Shown: positions 1-9,584, numbered from the stretch's first letter. The stretch is DNA of 64,000 nucleotides from an uncultured Gammaproteobacteria bacterium (GCA_963780795.1 CAWADH010000003.1:110818-174817); one strand, 5' to 3'. Program-made: numbers and translations. Notes: generated by a model not told the origin, from the letters alone.

Positions 1-1041
1 TGCTCTGAACAAACGTTGCGGTGCACGGGTATCCGGCAGCCCCGGATCCAGCGGACGCATCGCGCCCTGGAAGCCGAATTCGTGGCCGAACGCGAATGAT
101 TCGAACGCGCACAGATCGACGGCGCACGTCGCGGCATCGACGTCGAAGGCGTTGGCGAAGTGCACGACGAACGTATGTTGCGGCAACGCGATCGTTCGCA
201 CCGGCCCCGGTCGACCGCGTGGAATCAGATACAGTACACCCGGTTGCGATGAATCCGGCGCGATCGCGTCGATCAGGGTCTTGAGCCCCAGGGTCGCAGA
301 GACAAAAGCCAGCGCGTCGACCTTCAGCGCGTTACCCGGCAACACATACCAACGCGGCGTCACGACGAAGTCGTGCACGAAATGCATTCCGGGCACGCTC
401 GTCTCACACGAGGCCACCTCGGAGCCTTCAAGGTCGTACTCGCGAAAGGTGAAACGCGACGGCATGCCCATCTTGATACTGCAACCAACCAGCCGGTCGG
501 CGAAGCTGTCGAGCCGCATGTGCGCCAGAAAAGCGCCGTTGGGCAATGACCCTGCGAAGTTTTCTTCGCCGAGCGTGGCCAATGATTGCGAATCCAGCGC
601 GTACGGGCGCCCTCCTTCCCAACCGCAGAGCAGTCGGCCCGCCCACGGCACGATCGTGGTGTTGGCGACGTTGCGCGGAGCCGGCGCGAACAGGTTCTTC
701 CACAGCGACTCCGAGGGATTGGTGCCGAGACCGCGGTGCACCAGCCTGCCCGCTGCGCGTTCGGCGTCATACGCCGGTGTATGAACGAAGCGTGATCGCA
801 GTTCGGCGCCACCCCCCTGCGTGAACGTCAGCGAGCGAACAAGCCCGTGACCATCGAACGGATGCGCCAGGCGGTCGCCGATCTTCGTCCAACCTGGACC
901 GTTCTGCAGGTGTCGACCGCCGCGTAACGCCGGGGGAATGGTTCCCCGCACCGACGCGGCGGGAATCGAGATGTCGCATTCGCCCGGCGTTGCCGTCATG
1001 ACGGCATTCCACGAGCGTGCGCGCGAGAGCATCGCCGTCAT
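1..1041 (-). CDS. carotenoid/stilbene-cleaving oxygenase family protein (CCO/RPE65 family), N-terminal 347 codons; gene runs off the left edge
   Basis: Absent from the ORF track because its stop lies outside the window. My reverse-strand reading from ATG 1041-1039 (GGAGG 5 nt upstream) is open to position 1: MTAMLSRARSWNAV..LRGGRHLQNGPGW..AHPFDGHGLVRSLTF..TIVPWAGRLLCGWEGGRPYALD..MHFVHDFVVTPRWYVLPG. These are typical CCO-family blocks. Confidence 0.7.
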   Translation of the reverse strand, partial: MTAMLSRARSWNAVMTATPGECDISIPAASVRGTIPPALRGGRHLQNGPGWTKIGDRLAHPFDGHGLVRSLTFTQGGGAELRSRFVHTPAYDAERAAGRLVHRGLGTNPSESLWKNLFAPAPRNVANTTIVPWAGRLLCGWEGGRPYALDSQSLATLGEENFAGSLPNGAFLAHMRLDSFADRLVGCSIKMGMPSRFTFREYDLEGSEVASCETSVPGMHFVHDFVVTPRWYVLPGNALKVDALAFVSATLGLKTLIDAIAPDSSQPGVLYLIPRGRPGPVRTIALPQHTFVVHFANAFDVDAATCAVDLCAFESFAFGHEFGFQGAMRPLDPGLPDTRAPQRLFRA

Positions 1042-1071
1042 TTCGACCTCCACGGAACGCGCGGGCGTTCG

Positions 1072-1476
1072 CTACTGCGCGTTCAGCACCTTGTAGACGC
1101 GTTTCTGGAAGAACCAGCGTCCGCCGCGTTTGACATAGTCGTCTTCGTATTGGCCGGTGATCGCGCGTTTGACGCCGTCCTTCTGGTGCAGGAACTCCTG
1201 CTGGTACCAGGTTGCATGCGCGGTATCGCCCGACACCACCATCGGTCCGGCCGACGCGAAGAAGCCGACGAAGGAAAAGCCTCCCATCATCTGCTTCCAC
1301 ATCGGGAAGAATGCGGCCTTCCCCTTGACTTCGCCCATCCCCGGCAACGACCACACAGCGTCGTCGGTCCAGTTCGCCGCCCACGCGTCGCCGTCGAAAC
1401 GCATCACTGCATCGTTGTACGAATCCACCAACTCGCGAATCGCGAGCCGATCCTCCACGGGTCCACTGCTGATCAT
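1072..1476 (-). CDS. SnoaL-like / NTF2-fold protein
   Basis: ORF 1072-1572 trimmed to the ATG at 1476 (GAGGTG 8 nt upstream). MISSGPVEDRLAIRELVDSYNDAVMRFDGDAWAANWTDDAVW is a typical SnoaL/NTF2-like N-terminus. The longer ORF only adds an Arg-rich 32-aa leader. Confidence 0.7.
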   Translation of the reverse strand: MISSGPVEDRLAIRELVDSYNDAVMRFDGDAWAANWTDDAVWSLPGMGEVKGKAAFFPMWKQMMGGFSFVGFFASAGPMVVSGDTAHATWYQQEFLHQKDGVKRAITGQYEDDYVKRGGRWFFQKRVYKVLNAQ

Positions 1477-1648
1477 TGTGTTTTCACCTCTCGCTTTCGC
1501 TGCCTCTCGTTTTCGACAGGTGCGATGTCTGCCCCAGGCTGCAAGTGAGCCACGTCGAGTCAACGAACGCAAATCATGCGCGCCTTCGCTTGATCGTCAG
1601 GATCGGCGCCACGTAAGATCGTGACCCTGAACACCACCAGGAAATCGG

Positions 1649-2521
1649 ATGAAATTCGGTCTAGCGTTCGCCAGCAGCGTGGCCATCGACGGCCCCTCCA
1701 CCCTCGAAATATGCCGCCGCGCCGAAGCGGCGGGTTTCGAATCAGTCTGGGGCGGTGAGCACGTGGTGTTGCCCGACGCGATCGGATCGCGCTATCCCTA
1801 CACCGCCGACGGCAAGATTCCTGCCGAGCCGGATACGCCGATTCCCGACCCACTGATCTGGCTGGCGTTCGCGGCCGCCGCGGCACCGACGTTGCGCCTG
1901 GGCACGTGCATCCTGATCGTGCCGCAGCGCAATCCACTGGTGCTCGCGAAGGCACTCGCAACGCTCGATCGCTTGTCCGGCGGCCGCGTCGAACTCGGAC
2001 TCGGTGTCGGCTGGATGAAGGAAGAGTTCGCCGCGCTCGGCGTGCCATGGGAACGCCGCGGCGCGCGCAACGACGAATACATCGCCGCGATGCGCGCGCT
2101 GTGGGCCGGTCCGCATGCGGAGTTTCACGGCGAGTTCGTCGACTTCGCACCGGTGACCTGCAGTCCGCGGCCGGTGCAGAAGTCCATTCCGATTCTGGTG
2201 GGCGGCGACACCGACGCCGCGATTCAGCGGGCGGTACGCCTCGCGGACGGCTACTTTCCCGGAGAAGGCGACGCGGAGCGCCTGCGTCTCCTGATTGCAC
2301 GTTTACGCGCCGCAGCGGAACGCGCCGACCGCGATCCGGACAGCATCGAAATCAATGCGATGTTCGGCGCGCAAATGGCAGACCCCATAGCCGGCGCGCA
2401 GCAGCTGGCGGAAATCGGCGTGGGCCGCGCGATGCTTCCCGCTTTCTTCTTCGCCGGCCCGGGTGGATTGGACCGCCTCAGCGAATTCGGCGAGCGCGTG
2501 GTGTTACCCACACGGTCCTGA
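1649..2521 (+). CDS. luciferase-like (LLM class) flavin/F420-dependent oxidoreductase
   Basis: 290-aa ORF. MKFGLAF...AGFESVWGGEHVV...RLSGGRVELGLGVGW...ILVGGDT are characteristic LLM TIM-barrel blocks. Confidence 0.8.
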   Translation: MKFGLAFASSVAIDGPSTLEICRRAEAAGFESVWGGEHVVLPDAIGSRYPYTADGKIPAEPDTPIPDPLIWLAFAAAAAPTLRLGTCILIVPQRNPLVLAKALATLDRLSGGRVELGLGVGWMKEEFAALGVPWERRGARNDEYIAAMRALWAGPHAEFHGEFVDFAPVTCSPRPVQKSIPILVGGDTDAAIQRAVRLADGYFPGEGDAERLRLLIARLRAAAERADRDPDSIEINAMFGAQMADPIAGAQQLAEIGVGRAMLPAFFFAGPGGLDRLSEFGERVVLPTRS

Positions 2522-2529
2522 CGACTCCG

Positions 2530-3561
2530 CTAAGACGCGCCCGACGACAGCAGGTTGTCGACCGGACGATACAACTCCTCGAGGTACGATACGTCTTCCG
2601 GGGCGAGCGCGATTTCCGTGGCCGCGACGAGCTGATCGAGTTGTTCCAGTTTCGACACGCCGACCACCGGTGACGTGATTCCGGGTTTGCTCAGCAGCCA
2701 CGCCAGCGCAATCTGCGCAGGCCGCTTGTCGTACTTGCTGGCAATCTCGACCACCCGGTCTGCAATCGCGAACACGGCGTCGCCGCGATAGAGGCTCTGG
2801 GTTCGCATGCGATCCGCGCCCTGCGAACGCGCGGTGGACCCGGCTTCGAAGCCACCTTTGTATGCACCTGTGAGAATCCCGCGCGCGAGCGGCGACCACG
2901 GCATCAACGCAACGCCCGACTTTACGCAGTACGGATTCATCTCGCGCTCTTCTTCGCGATAGACGAGATTGTAGTGGTTCTGCATCGATACGAACGACGT
3001 CCAGCCATTCATCCGTGCCGTCATCTGCAGCTCGGCGAACTGCCACGCGAACATCGACGAGCCGCCGAGATACAGTACCTTGCCTGCCTTCACGACGTCG
3101 TGCAGCGCCTCCATCGTTTCCTCGATGGGTACTTCGACGTGGCCCGGCACGCCGTGCGGGTGGCGATGGATCACCAGATGATCGATGTAGTCGAGGCCGA
3201 GCCGTTGCAGACAGGCGTTCACGCCTTCGATCACGTGTTTGCGCGACAGGCCGGCCTGGTTGGCGCCTCGCCCCATCGGCATCGCGATCTTGGTGGCCAG
3301 CACGTATTCGTCGCGCCGCAGCAACTCGCGCAACAGTTTGCCGACGACCTGTTCGCTGGCACCGATGCCGTACACGTCCGCGCAATCGAAGTAGAACAGG
3401 CCGCGATCGATCGCCGCTTTGAAGATCGGACGCGCGTCGTCCGCACCCAGCGTCCAGTCGCCCTGATGTCCTCTCCCCGGCTCACCGAAATTCATGGTGC
3501 CGAGACACAGCCGCGAAACGCGCAGGCCGCTGTTCCTTCCGAGTTGAACCGTCTTGAGCAT
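2530..3561 (-). CDS. aldo/keto reductase
   Basis: ORF 2530-3750 trimmed to the ATG at 3561 (MLKTVQLGRNSGLRVSRLCLGTMNFG). It carries AKR blocks FDCADVYG, LATKI and IDHLVIHR. The upstream 63 codons are Arg-rich and unlike AKR N-termini. Confidence 0.85.
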   Translation of the reverse strand: MLKTVQLGRNSGLRVSRLCLGTMNFGEPGRGHQGDWTLGADDARPIFKAAIDRGLFYFDCADVYGIGASEQVVGKLLRELLRRDEYVLATKIAMPMGRGANQAGLSRKHVIEGVNACLQRLGLDYIDHLVIHRHPHGVPGHVEVPIEETMEALHDVVKAGKVLYLGGSSMFAWQFAELQMTARMNGWTSFVSMQNHYNLVYREEEREMNPYCVKSGVALMPWSPLARGILTGAYKGGFEAGSTARSQGADRMRTQSLYRGDAVFAIADRVVEIASKYDKRPAQIALAWLLSKPGITSPVVGVSKLEQLDQLVAATEIALAPEDVSYLEELYRPVDNLLSSGAS

Positions 3562-3578
3562 GAATCTGATCCCCGCAG

Positions 3579-4832
3579 CTATGCAGACAGGCCGAGCCAG
3601 GTGCGTGCGTTTTCTGCAAAGAATCCAGCGGCGACCGATTCGCTGGCATCGCCCAACGACTTCGCAAAGCGGCCGAGAGGATCGCGCCCGCCTTCCGCGT
3701 GCGGATAGTCCGATGAGAAGAGATAGAGGCACGGATCGGACACGCGGCACAGCAAACCGACGTCTTCGAACGGATACGGCGTGAAGCGCAACTGATCCGA
3801 CGCCTGATGCGACGGTTTTCGCTTCATCTCGCGCAGTTCGGGCTCCGACTTGCTCCAGATCTCCGCCGCATGATCGAGCCGGCGCAACATGTCGGGCACC
3901 CAGCCCGCGCCCATCTCGATCGCGCCGCCGTGCAGTTTGGGATGGCGTTCGAGCACGCCGTCGAGCATCAGCACCGACAGGAATCGTTCAGCCGGTTGAT
4001 ACACCACCATCAGGTCTTTCGAATTGATGACCTCCGCGACCGGCATCCGAATCGGCGGCGCCCGGCCGTTGTTGCGCCATGCGTCGTCGATCTGCAGCGG
4101 CCCGCTTCCGACGTGCAATACGAATGGAATGCCGCGCTCGGCGAGCCGCGCCCAGAACGGATCGTTACGGTTATGGCCCGGTGACTTACTGCCCGGAGCG
4201 CGCGCCGGCAGCCACACCGGCCCGAGTCCGAGGTCGAGCGCAAAGTCGAGTTCGGCAAGCGACCGATCGGGCTCGTCCAGATCGCACAGTGCGACGCCGT
4301 GCAGTCGTTTGTCGTGCGCGCAGAACTCCGCCATTGCGCGGTTGTGCGCGCGATACGCCGCATACCGCAGCGAACTATCCGCAATACTGAACAAAGGCGC
4401 ACACAAGGAAGAGAAGACTACTTGCTGCTCGAACCCCAGCATATCCAGCGCCTCTGTGCGCTCGTTGGGGTCGATCGCGCCGAGCGCATCGTGCCACTTT
4501 GGGCCTTTGCGAACCAGGTCGTCGCCGAGTGCGACGAGTGCCGCCCGGGCTTCCGCTGATCGCTCGTACGCCTTGGTCTGAAACCCGCTGGATCCGCCGG
4601 CGATCACCGGCAGATCGGCACGAATGGCCGCGGGCGCATGGTCCGTGAGGAAACCGGGCCATTCCATCAGGTGGCTGTCGGCATCGATGACGCGGCGATC
4701 TTTGACGTATGTGATGTCGAACGCATCCGGGGTCGAGTGGGCACAGTATGCGCGCAGTGCGCTGCTGCGGTCACGCGCAGCTGCTTCGCGCCTCGGTGAA
4801 TCCGTCGGTCGCGCTCTCTGCTGCGCACTCAC
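3579..4832 (-). CDS. amidohydrolase-2 (ACMSD/LigW-type) family protein
   Basis: ORF 3579-4850. It has VIDADSHLMEWPG, FVLHVGSG and LFSSDYPHAEG metal-ligand-type blocks. The start is uncertain: I prefer GTG at 4832 (AGAGG 6 nt upstream) over TTG at 4850. Confidence 0.7.
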   Translation of the reverse strand: MSAQQRARPTDSPRREAAARDRSSALRAYCAHSTPDAFDITYVKDRRVIDADSHLMEWPGFLTDHAPAAIRADLPVIAGGSSGFQTKAYERSAEARAALVALGDDLVRKGPKWHDALGAIDPNERTEALDMLGFEQQVVFSSLCAPLFSIADSSLRYAAYRAHNRAMAEFCAHDKRLHGVALCDLDEPDRSLAELDFALDLGLGPVWLPARAPGSKSPGHNRNDPFWARLAERGIPFVLHVGSGPLQIDDAWRNNGRAPPIRMPVAEVINSKDLMVVYQPAERFLSVLMLDGVLERHPKLHGGAIEMGAGWVPDMLRRLDHAAEIWSKSEPELREMKRKPSHQASDQLRFTPYPFEDVGLLCRVSDPCLYLFSSDYPHAEGGRDPLGRFAKSLGDASESVAAGFFAENARTWLGLSA

Positions 4833-5501
4833 GCGTACCTCTGTTCGCAAACCCGAGCGCTATGCGACGCGGACGCCTGCACGTTGGCGTGTGCCAGGAG
4901 CGATTGGCACGGCCCGGCTAGGTAATCACCTCAAGTGCTCCCAGCACAGGTCTAGCAGTGCCAACAGTGCGAATGTGACCGCGAAACCGAGCGCCCACTC
5001 CACCAGGAACCTGCCGCCAACACCGATCGGCCACAAGGACATCCAGTTTTCTTTACGCAGCCGCATTCACGCCTCCCGCTCAGGGCGCGTTCATTGACCT
5101 CGAGATGTGTGGACGACTGCGTTGGACCTGTCCGAGGCCCGATCGCGCGGCGAAAGAGTGCGTCCGACCGGGCCGCGAGGCAATCAGACTTTGACGTGCA
5201 ACGACCCGTCCTCACAATTTGCTTACAGATATTCGATCAGCCGCGCGACCAGACTCGAATGCGCGTCACTAAGAAGGCGCGTGCGGACGCAGGACTGAAG
5301 AACGTCGGGAAAAGGGTGAGCATCTTGATTTGGATCGTCCTCGGACTTTTCGTGATCGCGGTGTTTGCGCTGGCGCGATGGACTGCCGCAAAGACGCAAC
5401 GCCCCCAACCTCCATCCGAAGTCGGGTCCTCAACACACGGTGACGACATCACGGTTCGTCCCGTGTAGCACAGTCGACTTCGAGCCCGCCGTCTGCGGAG
5501 G

Positions 5502-6581
5502 CTAGATTTCCGCCAACGGTACCCACCGCCCTTGCGCCTCCGAAGCGAGCACGGCGGCCATCGCGTACTGCACCGCCGCACCGTCTTCGAACGTCGCATC
5601 CAGATCCGGATCAGAATGCCCCCTCAGGCAAGCATCGACGAAACTGCGCATCATGAGTCCAAGCGCGTGTGGCGCTCCGTCGCTGGCTTCCAACGCCAAA
5701 GGCACATCTACCCATTCCGGAATCGTGGGCGTCGACGCCTTCAGCGAATCTACGGCACCGCGACTCAGGGCGGCCTTCAGCGCGCCATCGGGACCCACTA
5801 CCTCGAGCCACCCATTCTGAGTGAACGAGGGCGTTACACGGCTAACCGCTATCTGCCCTCTTGAGCCACTCTTGTGATGCAGCCAGGCATTCATGAAGTC
5901 GTCCGTCTCCACCTGGATCGGTCGGCCGCTGCGCCCATCGGGACGGGTCCGTGGAACGACGCCGGTAAACCCAATGCCGGACTCGATCGGACCTAAGACA
6001 TGGTGCGCAAGGTCAAACAGATGCGAACCGAGATCAAACATTACGCCACCGCCGGCAGAGTCGAGTTGGTCACGCCATCCCGCCTTCCATTCCGGTTTGA
6101 GGCCATCCCAGTTGTCATATTGGACCCGCAACAAATAGGGCTGTCCGATGTCGCCACGAAGTACCCGTCTTCGCAACTCACGGACGCCGTAGGTGTAACG
6201 GAACACGAACGCGACCTGGTGGATGCGGCGACTCAAGGCGGCCGCGGCCGCCATCTCACGGGCCTCATTCGCATTCATGCCGAGCGGTTTTTCGCAAAGC
6301 ACGTGCTTACCGTTTCGTATTGCTGCGAGCGCGTGGGCGCGATGGTCCGCATTGCGTGTGACGATGGTCAGCGCGTCGATGTCGTCACGCTCGCACACCT
6401 CATTCACATCGGCGTGAACGCTCGGAACACCGAATTTGCTTGCCAATCGACGTGCGCGCACCTGCTCGCCGCAAATCGCGACGACCTCGGCATCGGGATG
6501 CGATTGGAGACCGGGAATGTGACAGACCTCAGCAAACGTGCCCGTGCCGATGACCGCGCAGCGCAACTTTCGAGAAGTCAT
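5502..6581 (-). CDS. Gfo/Idh/MocA family NAD(P)-dependent oxidoreductase
   Basis: ORF 5502-6623 trimmed to MTSRKLRCAVIGTGTFAEVCHIPGL (Rossmann fold). It also has the family EKPL motif (HVLCEKPLGMN). Confidence 0.85.
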   Translation of the reverse strand: MTSRKLRCAVIGTGTFAEVCHIPGLQSHPDAEVVAICGEQVRARRLASKFGVPSVHADVNEVCERDDIDALTIVTRNADHRAHALAAIRNGKHVLCEKPLGMNANEAREMAAAAALSRRIHQVAFVFRYTYGVRELRRRVLRGDIGQPYLLRVQYDNWDGLKPEWKAGWRDQLDSAGGGVMFDLGSHLFDLAHHVLGPIESGIGFTGVVPRTRPDGRSGRPIQVETDDFMNAWLHHKSGSRGQIAVSRVTPSFTQNGWLEVVGPDGALKAALSRGAVDSLKASTPTIPEWVDVPLALEASDGAPHALGLMMRSFVDACLRGHSDPDLDATFEDGAAVQYAMAAVLASEAQGRWVPLAEI

Positions 6582-6852
6582 AGTCTGCGGAGGCCCGCGT
6601 CGCACGAGCGGACAGAACTCCATTCCGCAAAGGCGTCATCGTTGCTGTCGAACGTGGAAGTGCTCTCGGAATACGACGTCACGATAGATGTAGTCTTCGG
6701 AGGACGTGATCATCGTGGCATCAGGATTCCACGTCCAGCGCCGCCGGTGCGATCCACGCAAAATCATGCGGTCGCAGCCACGAGTTCGAAGCGGACGCCA
6801 CCCCTCAACGGAACTGATAGACGAGATGGTATGGCGACGCGGATTCAGTGGT

Positions 6853-6887
6853 TAGCAAAAGAAAAGGCCCGAACACGTCGAGCCTTT
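6853..6887 (-). terminator. intrinsic terminator downstream of the tRNA-Glu/tRNA-Gly pair
   Basis: On the minus strand, 9 nt after the tRNA-Gly 3' end, a 10-bp stem AAAGGCTCGA/TCGGGCCTTT (one G-U pair) closes a 5-nt loop and is followed by TTTTCTTTTG. Confidence 0.7.
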
Positions 6888-6896
6888 GCTTTCAAA

Positions 6897-6972
<76 letters not shown>

Positions 6973-7029
6973 GCGAGGCACGCATCTTACCCGGCAGCAT
7001 CACAACCTCGCAAGATTCGAGGCTGGAAA

Positions 7030-7105
7030 TGGCGTCCCCTAGGGGAGTCGAACCCCTGTCGCCGGGATGAAAACCCGGTGTCCTAGGCCTCTAGACGAAG
7101 GGGAC
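7030..7105 (-). tRNA. tRNA-Glu (anticodon UUC)
   Basis: The reverse complement GTCCCCTTCGTCTAGAGGCCTAGGACACCGGGTTTTCATCCCGGCGACAGGGGTTCGACTCCCCTAGGGGACGCCA is 76 nt. The anticodon loop TTTTCAT gives TTC, and CCA is encoded. Confidence 0.97.
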
Positions 7106-7156
7106 GTAGACGAAGCCGCGCATTCTATGAACCACCCCCAGTGGCGTCAAGCCGAG

Positions 7157-8053
7157 TTACGACTTCGCGGATTGTTCGATCAACAGCCGGCCGACCCAGT
7201 CGCGGGCAAAGTATTGCGCGCTGCGGCCGTTGCGCGCGGCACGCGCCAACGCCCACTGCAACGCCTCGCGGCGGGCCGATTCCGTTAGCGTCGCGTTGAT
7301 GCCGTGGCGTGCGCCGATGCGCTTGAGCCAGTGTTCCACCACGTCGAGATAGGCGTCCTGCTTGAATGGCTGGAACGACAACCACAGTCCGAACCGATCC
7401 GACAGCGATACCTTCTCCTCCACCGCCTCGCTCTCGTGCAGTTCGCCGCCCTCGTGGCTGGCAGCCAGGTTGTCCGCCATGTGTTCGGGGATCAGATGAC
7501 GGCGATTCGACGTGGCGTAGATGAGGACGTTGTCCGAGGACCGGAACACCGATCCTTCGAGCACGCTCTTGAGTTCCTTATAGGAAGCATCGTCCGCGGC
7601 AAACGACAGGTCGTCGCATACGAGAATGAAGCGGTATGGCGCGTTGCGCACCAGCGCGACGATCCGCGGTAGCGAACCGAGCGAGCGCTTGTCCATCTCG
7701 ATCAGCCGCAACCCCTGCGATTCGTAGCGGTTCAGCAGTCCGTGAATCAGCGACGATTTGCCCGTTCCGCGCGCACCCCAGAGCAACACGTTGTTCGCCG
7801 GGAAGCCGCGCACGAACTGCGCGGTGTTCGCCTCGATGCGCTGCTTCTGGCGGTCGATGTACATCAGATCGTCGAGGTCGATCGGATCGAGATCGGTGTG
7901 CGCCCGCAACTCGCCACCCAATGCGGTGAGGTGCCACACCGCCGCCTTGGTGGTTGCCCAATCCGGCGAGCCGATCTGCGGAAGCACGGCATCCAGTCGG
8001 GCGAGAACGCGTCCGGCCAGGCCGATCAACTCGTCGAGGGACTGCGTCATCAC
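7157..8053 (-). CDS. DUF815-type AAA+ ATP-binding protein
   Basis: 298-aa ORF with Walker A LLWGARGTGKSSL and Walker B-like FILVCDDLSF. The overall layout matches the DUF815 family as I remember it. Confidence 0.75.
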   Translation of the reverse strand: MMTQSLDELIGLAGRVLARLDAVLPQIGSPDWATTKAAVWHLTALGGELRAHTDLDPIDLDDLMYIDRQKQRIEANTAQFVRGFPANNVLLWGARGTGKSSLIHGLLNRYESQGLRLIEMDKRSLGSLPRIVALVRNAPYRFILVCDDLSFAADDASYKELKSVLEGSVFRSSDNVLIYATSNRRHLIPEHMADNLAASHEGGELHESEAVEEKVSLSDRFGLWLSFQPFKQDAYLDVVEHWLKRIGARHGINATLTESARREALQWALARAARNGRSAQYFARDWVGRLLIEQSAKS

Positions 8054-8329
8054 CGATCACGCTCGTTGGGAACAGGCCGCATTGTACTCATCCGAACGCG
8101 CGCTTCGTGATGAGCGCGCGGGCATTTTCAGGCTAGAATTCGGGCCTGTTTCACCGAGTATTTCCATGGGCGATCCGGTCGGCAAAGAGCGCCGCAAGAG
8201 CACGGGTGACCGTCGCAAAGGTGGGGAAGACCGACGCAACGCCGAGCGCGTTGCCGACGACATGGTGCCTCGCCGCGATCCTGAGCGCGCGGGCCGACGA
8301 AAGACCGACCCGCCTTCACTCCCGGAAGA

Positions 8330-8722
8330 TCACTGACGCTTGCGAAGGGGCACCACGTTGCTGCGCTGGCGTACATAGATTCGACGCTCCCGGCCGGGAC
8401 CGTCGATGCCGATCGAGCCGTTCTCGAACAGACGCAGATCGTAGGTCCGCGTCCCGCTGTCCGACGCCAGTTCGATGGCGTTTCCCAACAGCCGCCAACT
8501 GCCGCGTTCAGTCGCGCGTCCCGACCGCTCGATGTAACGGCCCGAACTCGCTTCGCCGGCGAACTCGAGTACCCACGGGCCGTTCGGTGCATCGCACTGC
8601 CAAACGCCCGGCAGAGCGAGCTTCGAGAGCCATCGCTCACGCGCCGCGCGCGTGCGTTTGACCCACATGAAGGCCGCACTGACGATGATCGCTAGCAGCA
8701 GGATTGAAGCCATGGATCGCAT
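8330..8722 (-). CDS. hypothetical membrane-anchored protein
   Basis: ORF 8330-8749, with the start probably MRSMASILLLAIIVSAAFMWV (one N-terminal TM helix). Third codon positions are high in G+C. I recognise no family. Confidence 0.5.
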   Translation of the reverse strand: MRSMASILLLAIIVSAAFMWVKRTRAARERWLSKLALPGVWQCDAPNGPWVLEFAGEASSGRYIERSGRATERGSWRLLGNAIELASDSGTRTYDLRLFENGSIGIDGPGRERRIYVRQRSNVVPLRKRQ

Positions 8723-8770
8723 GCTGCCGCCGCGTTCGCGAGGGTGCAAGGGCCACTCACAATTCGTTGA

Positions 8771-9061
8771 CTAGATGGTTTCGCGCTCGATGCCCGAGAT
8801 GGACGCATCGACCGTTTCGATGATGCGCTGTTCGATGTCCGCCAGGGTCTGGTCGATCAGCCGCGAGGTCAGCGCCGCCGCCACGAACGTCCATTCCGCC
8901 CGGTCGTGCATGTCCTGGAAGTTGCTTTCGCATACGGCCACGTTCACCTGGCGGCCATACCGTTCGCGCAGGCCGCCGAGGCGCTGGCGCTTTTCCTTCA
9001 ACGAGCGGCATCCCGGCAAGACAAACGAAACCCGCAACACGCCGATCTGCATGCGCCGCAA
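8771..9061 (-). CDS. DUF503 (YlxP-like) domain protein
   Basis: 96-aa ORF. MQIGVLRVSFVLPGCRSLKEKRQRL... matches the DUF503 N-terminal signature (hLxhxLxhPgxxSLKEKR). Confidence 0.75.
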   Translation of the reverse strand: MRRMQIGVLRVSFVLPGCRSLKEKRQRLGGLRERYGRQVNVAVCESNFQDMHDRAEWTFVAAALTSRLIDQTLADIEQRIIETVDASISGIERETI

Positions 9062-9080
9062 TCCTGATTCGCAATGGATC

Positions 9081-9584
9081 TCAGTCGGTCTCGAGAAACT
9101 CGGAACGCGTCATCGAATAGAAGACGGTGTCGAGGCCGTGAAATTCGCGACGGCATTCGAACGTCATACCGAGCTTCTGCAGCACTCGCACGGACTGCTG
9201 GTTCGGCGTGTCGGTGGCTGCGATCACCCGGTCGAAGTCGCAGGATTCGAAACCGAACCGCAGTACTTCGCGCGCCGCCTCTGCCACGAGGCCTTCGCCC
9301 CAATACGTCGGATGAATGCCGTACAGCAGTTCCACCTGGCCTTCGACGTCTTCGGCGCGTCGATGGCCGCAGAAGCCGATCAACTCGTCAGTTTGATCCT
9401 GCATTTCGAGCGCGAAGAATCCGAAGCCGTCCGATTCGAACGTGGCGAGACTCTGCGCCACGATCTGCTCTACCGTTTCGCGGGGGATGATGCGGTCCTC
9501 CCACAGATACCGACGCACATCGCGATCGGTCCACAACGCGTGCAACGCGTCGACATCGTCGGACGAGATGGGTCGTAACCGCAT
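9081..9584 (-). CDS. GNAT family N-acetyltransferase
   Basis: ORF 9081-10001 trimmed to MRLRPISSDDVDALHALW. It has the GNAT core LIGFCG...YGIHPTYWGEGLVAEAAREVLRFGF. The longer version overlaps the divergent gene's upstream region. Confidence 0.8.
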   Translation of the reverse strand: MRLRPISSDDVDALHALWTDRDVRRYLWEDRIIPRETVEQIVAQSLATFESDGFGFFALEMQDQTDELIGFCGHRRAEDVEGQVELLYGIHPTYWGEGLVAEAAREVLRFGFESCDFDRVIAATDTPNQQSVRVLQKLGMTFECRREFHGLDTVFYSMTRSEFLETD

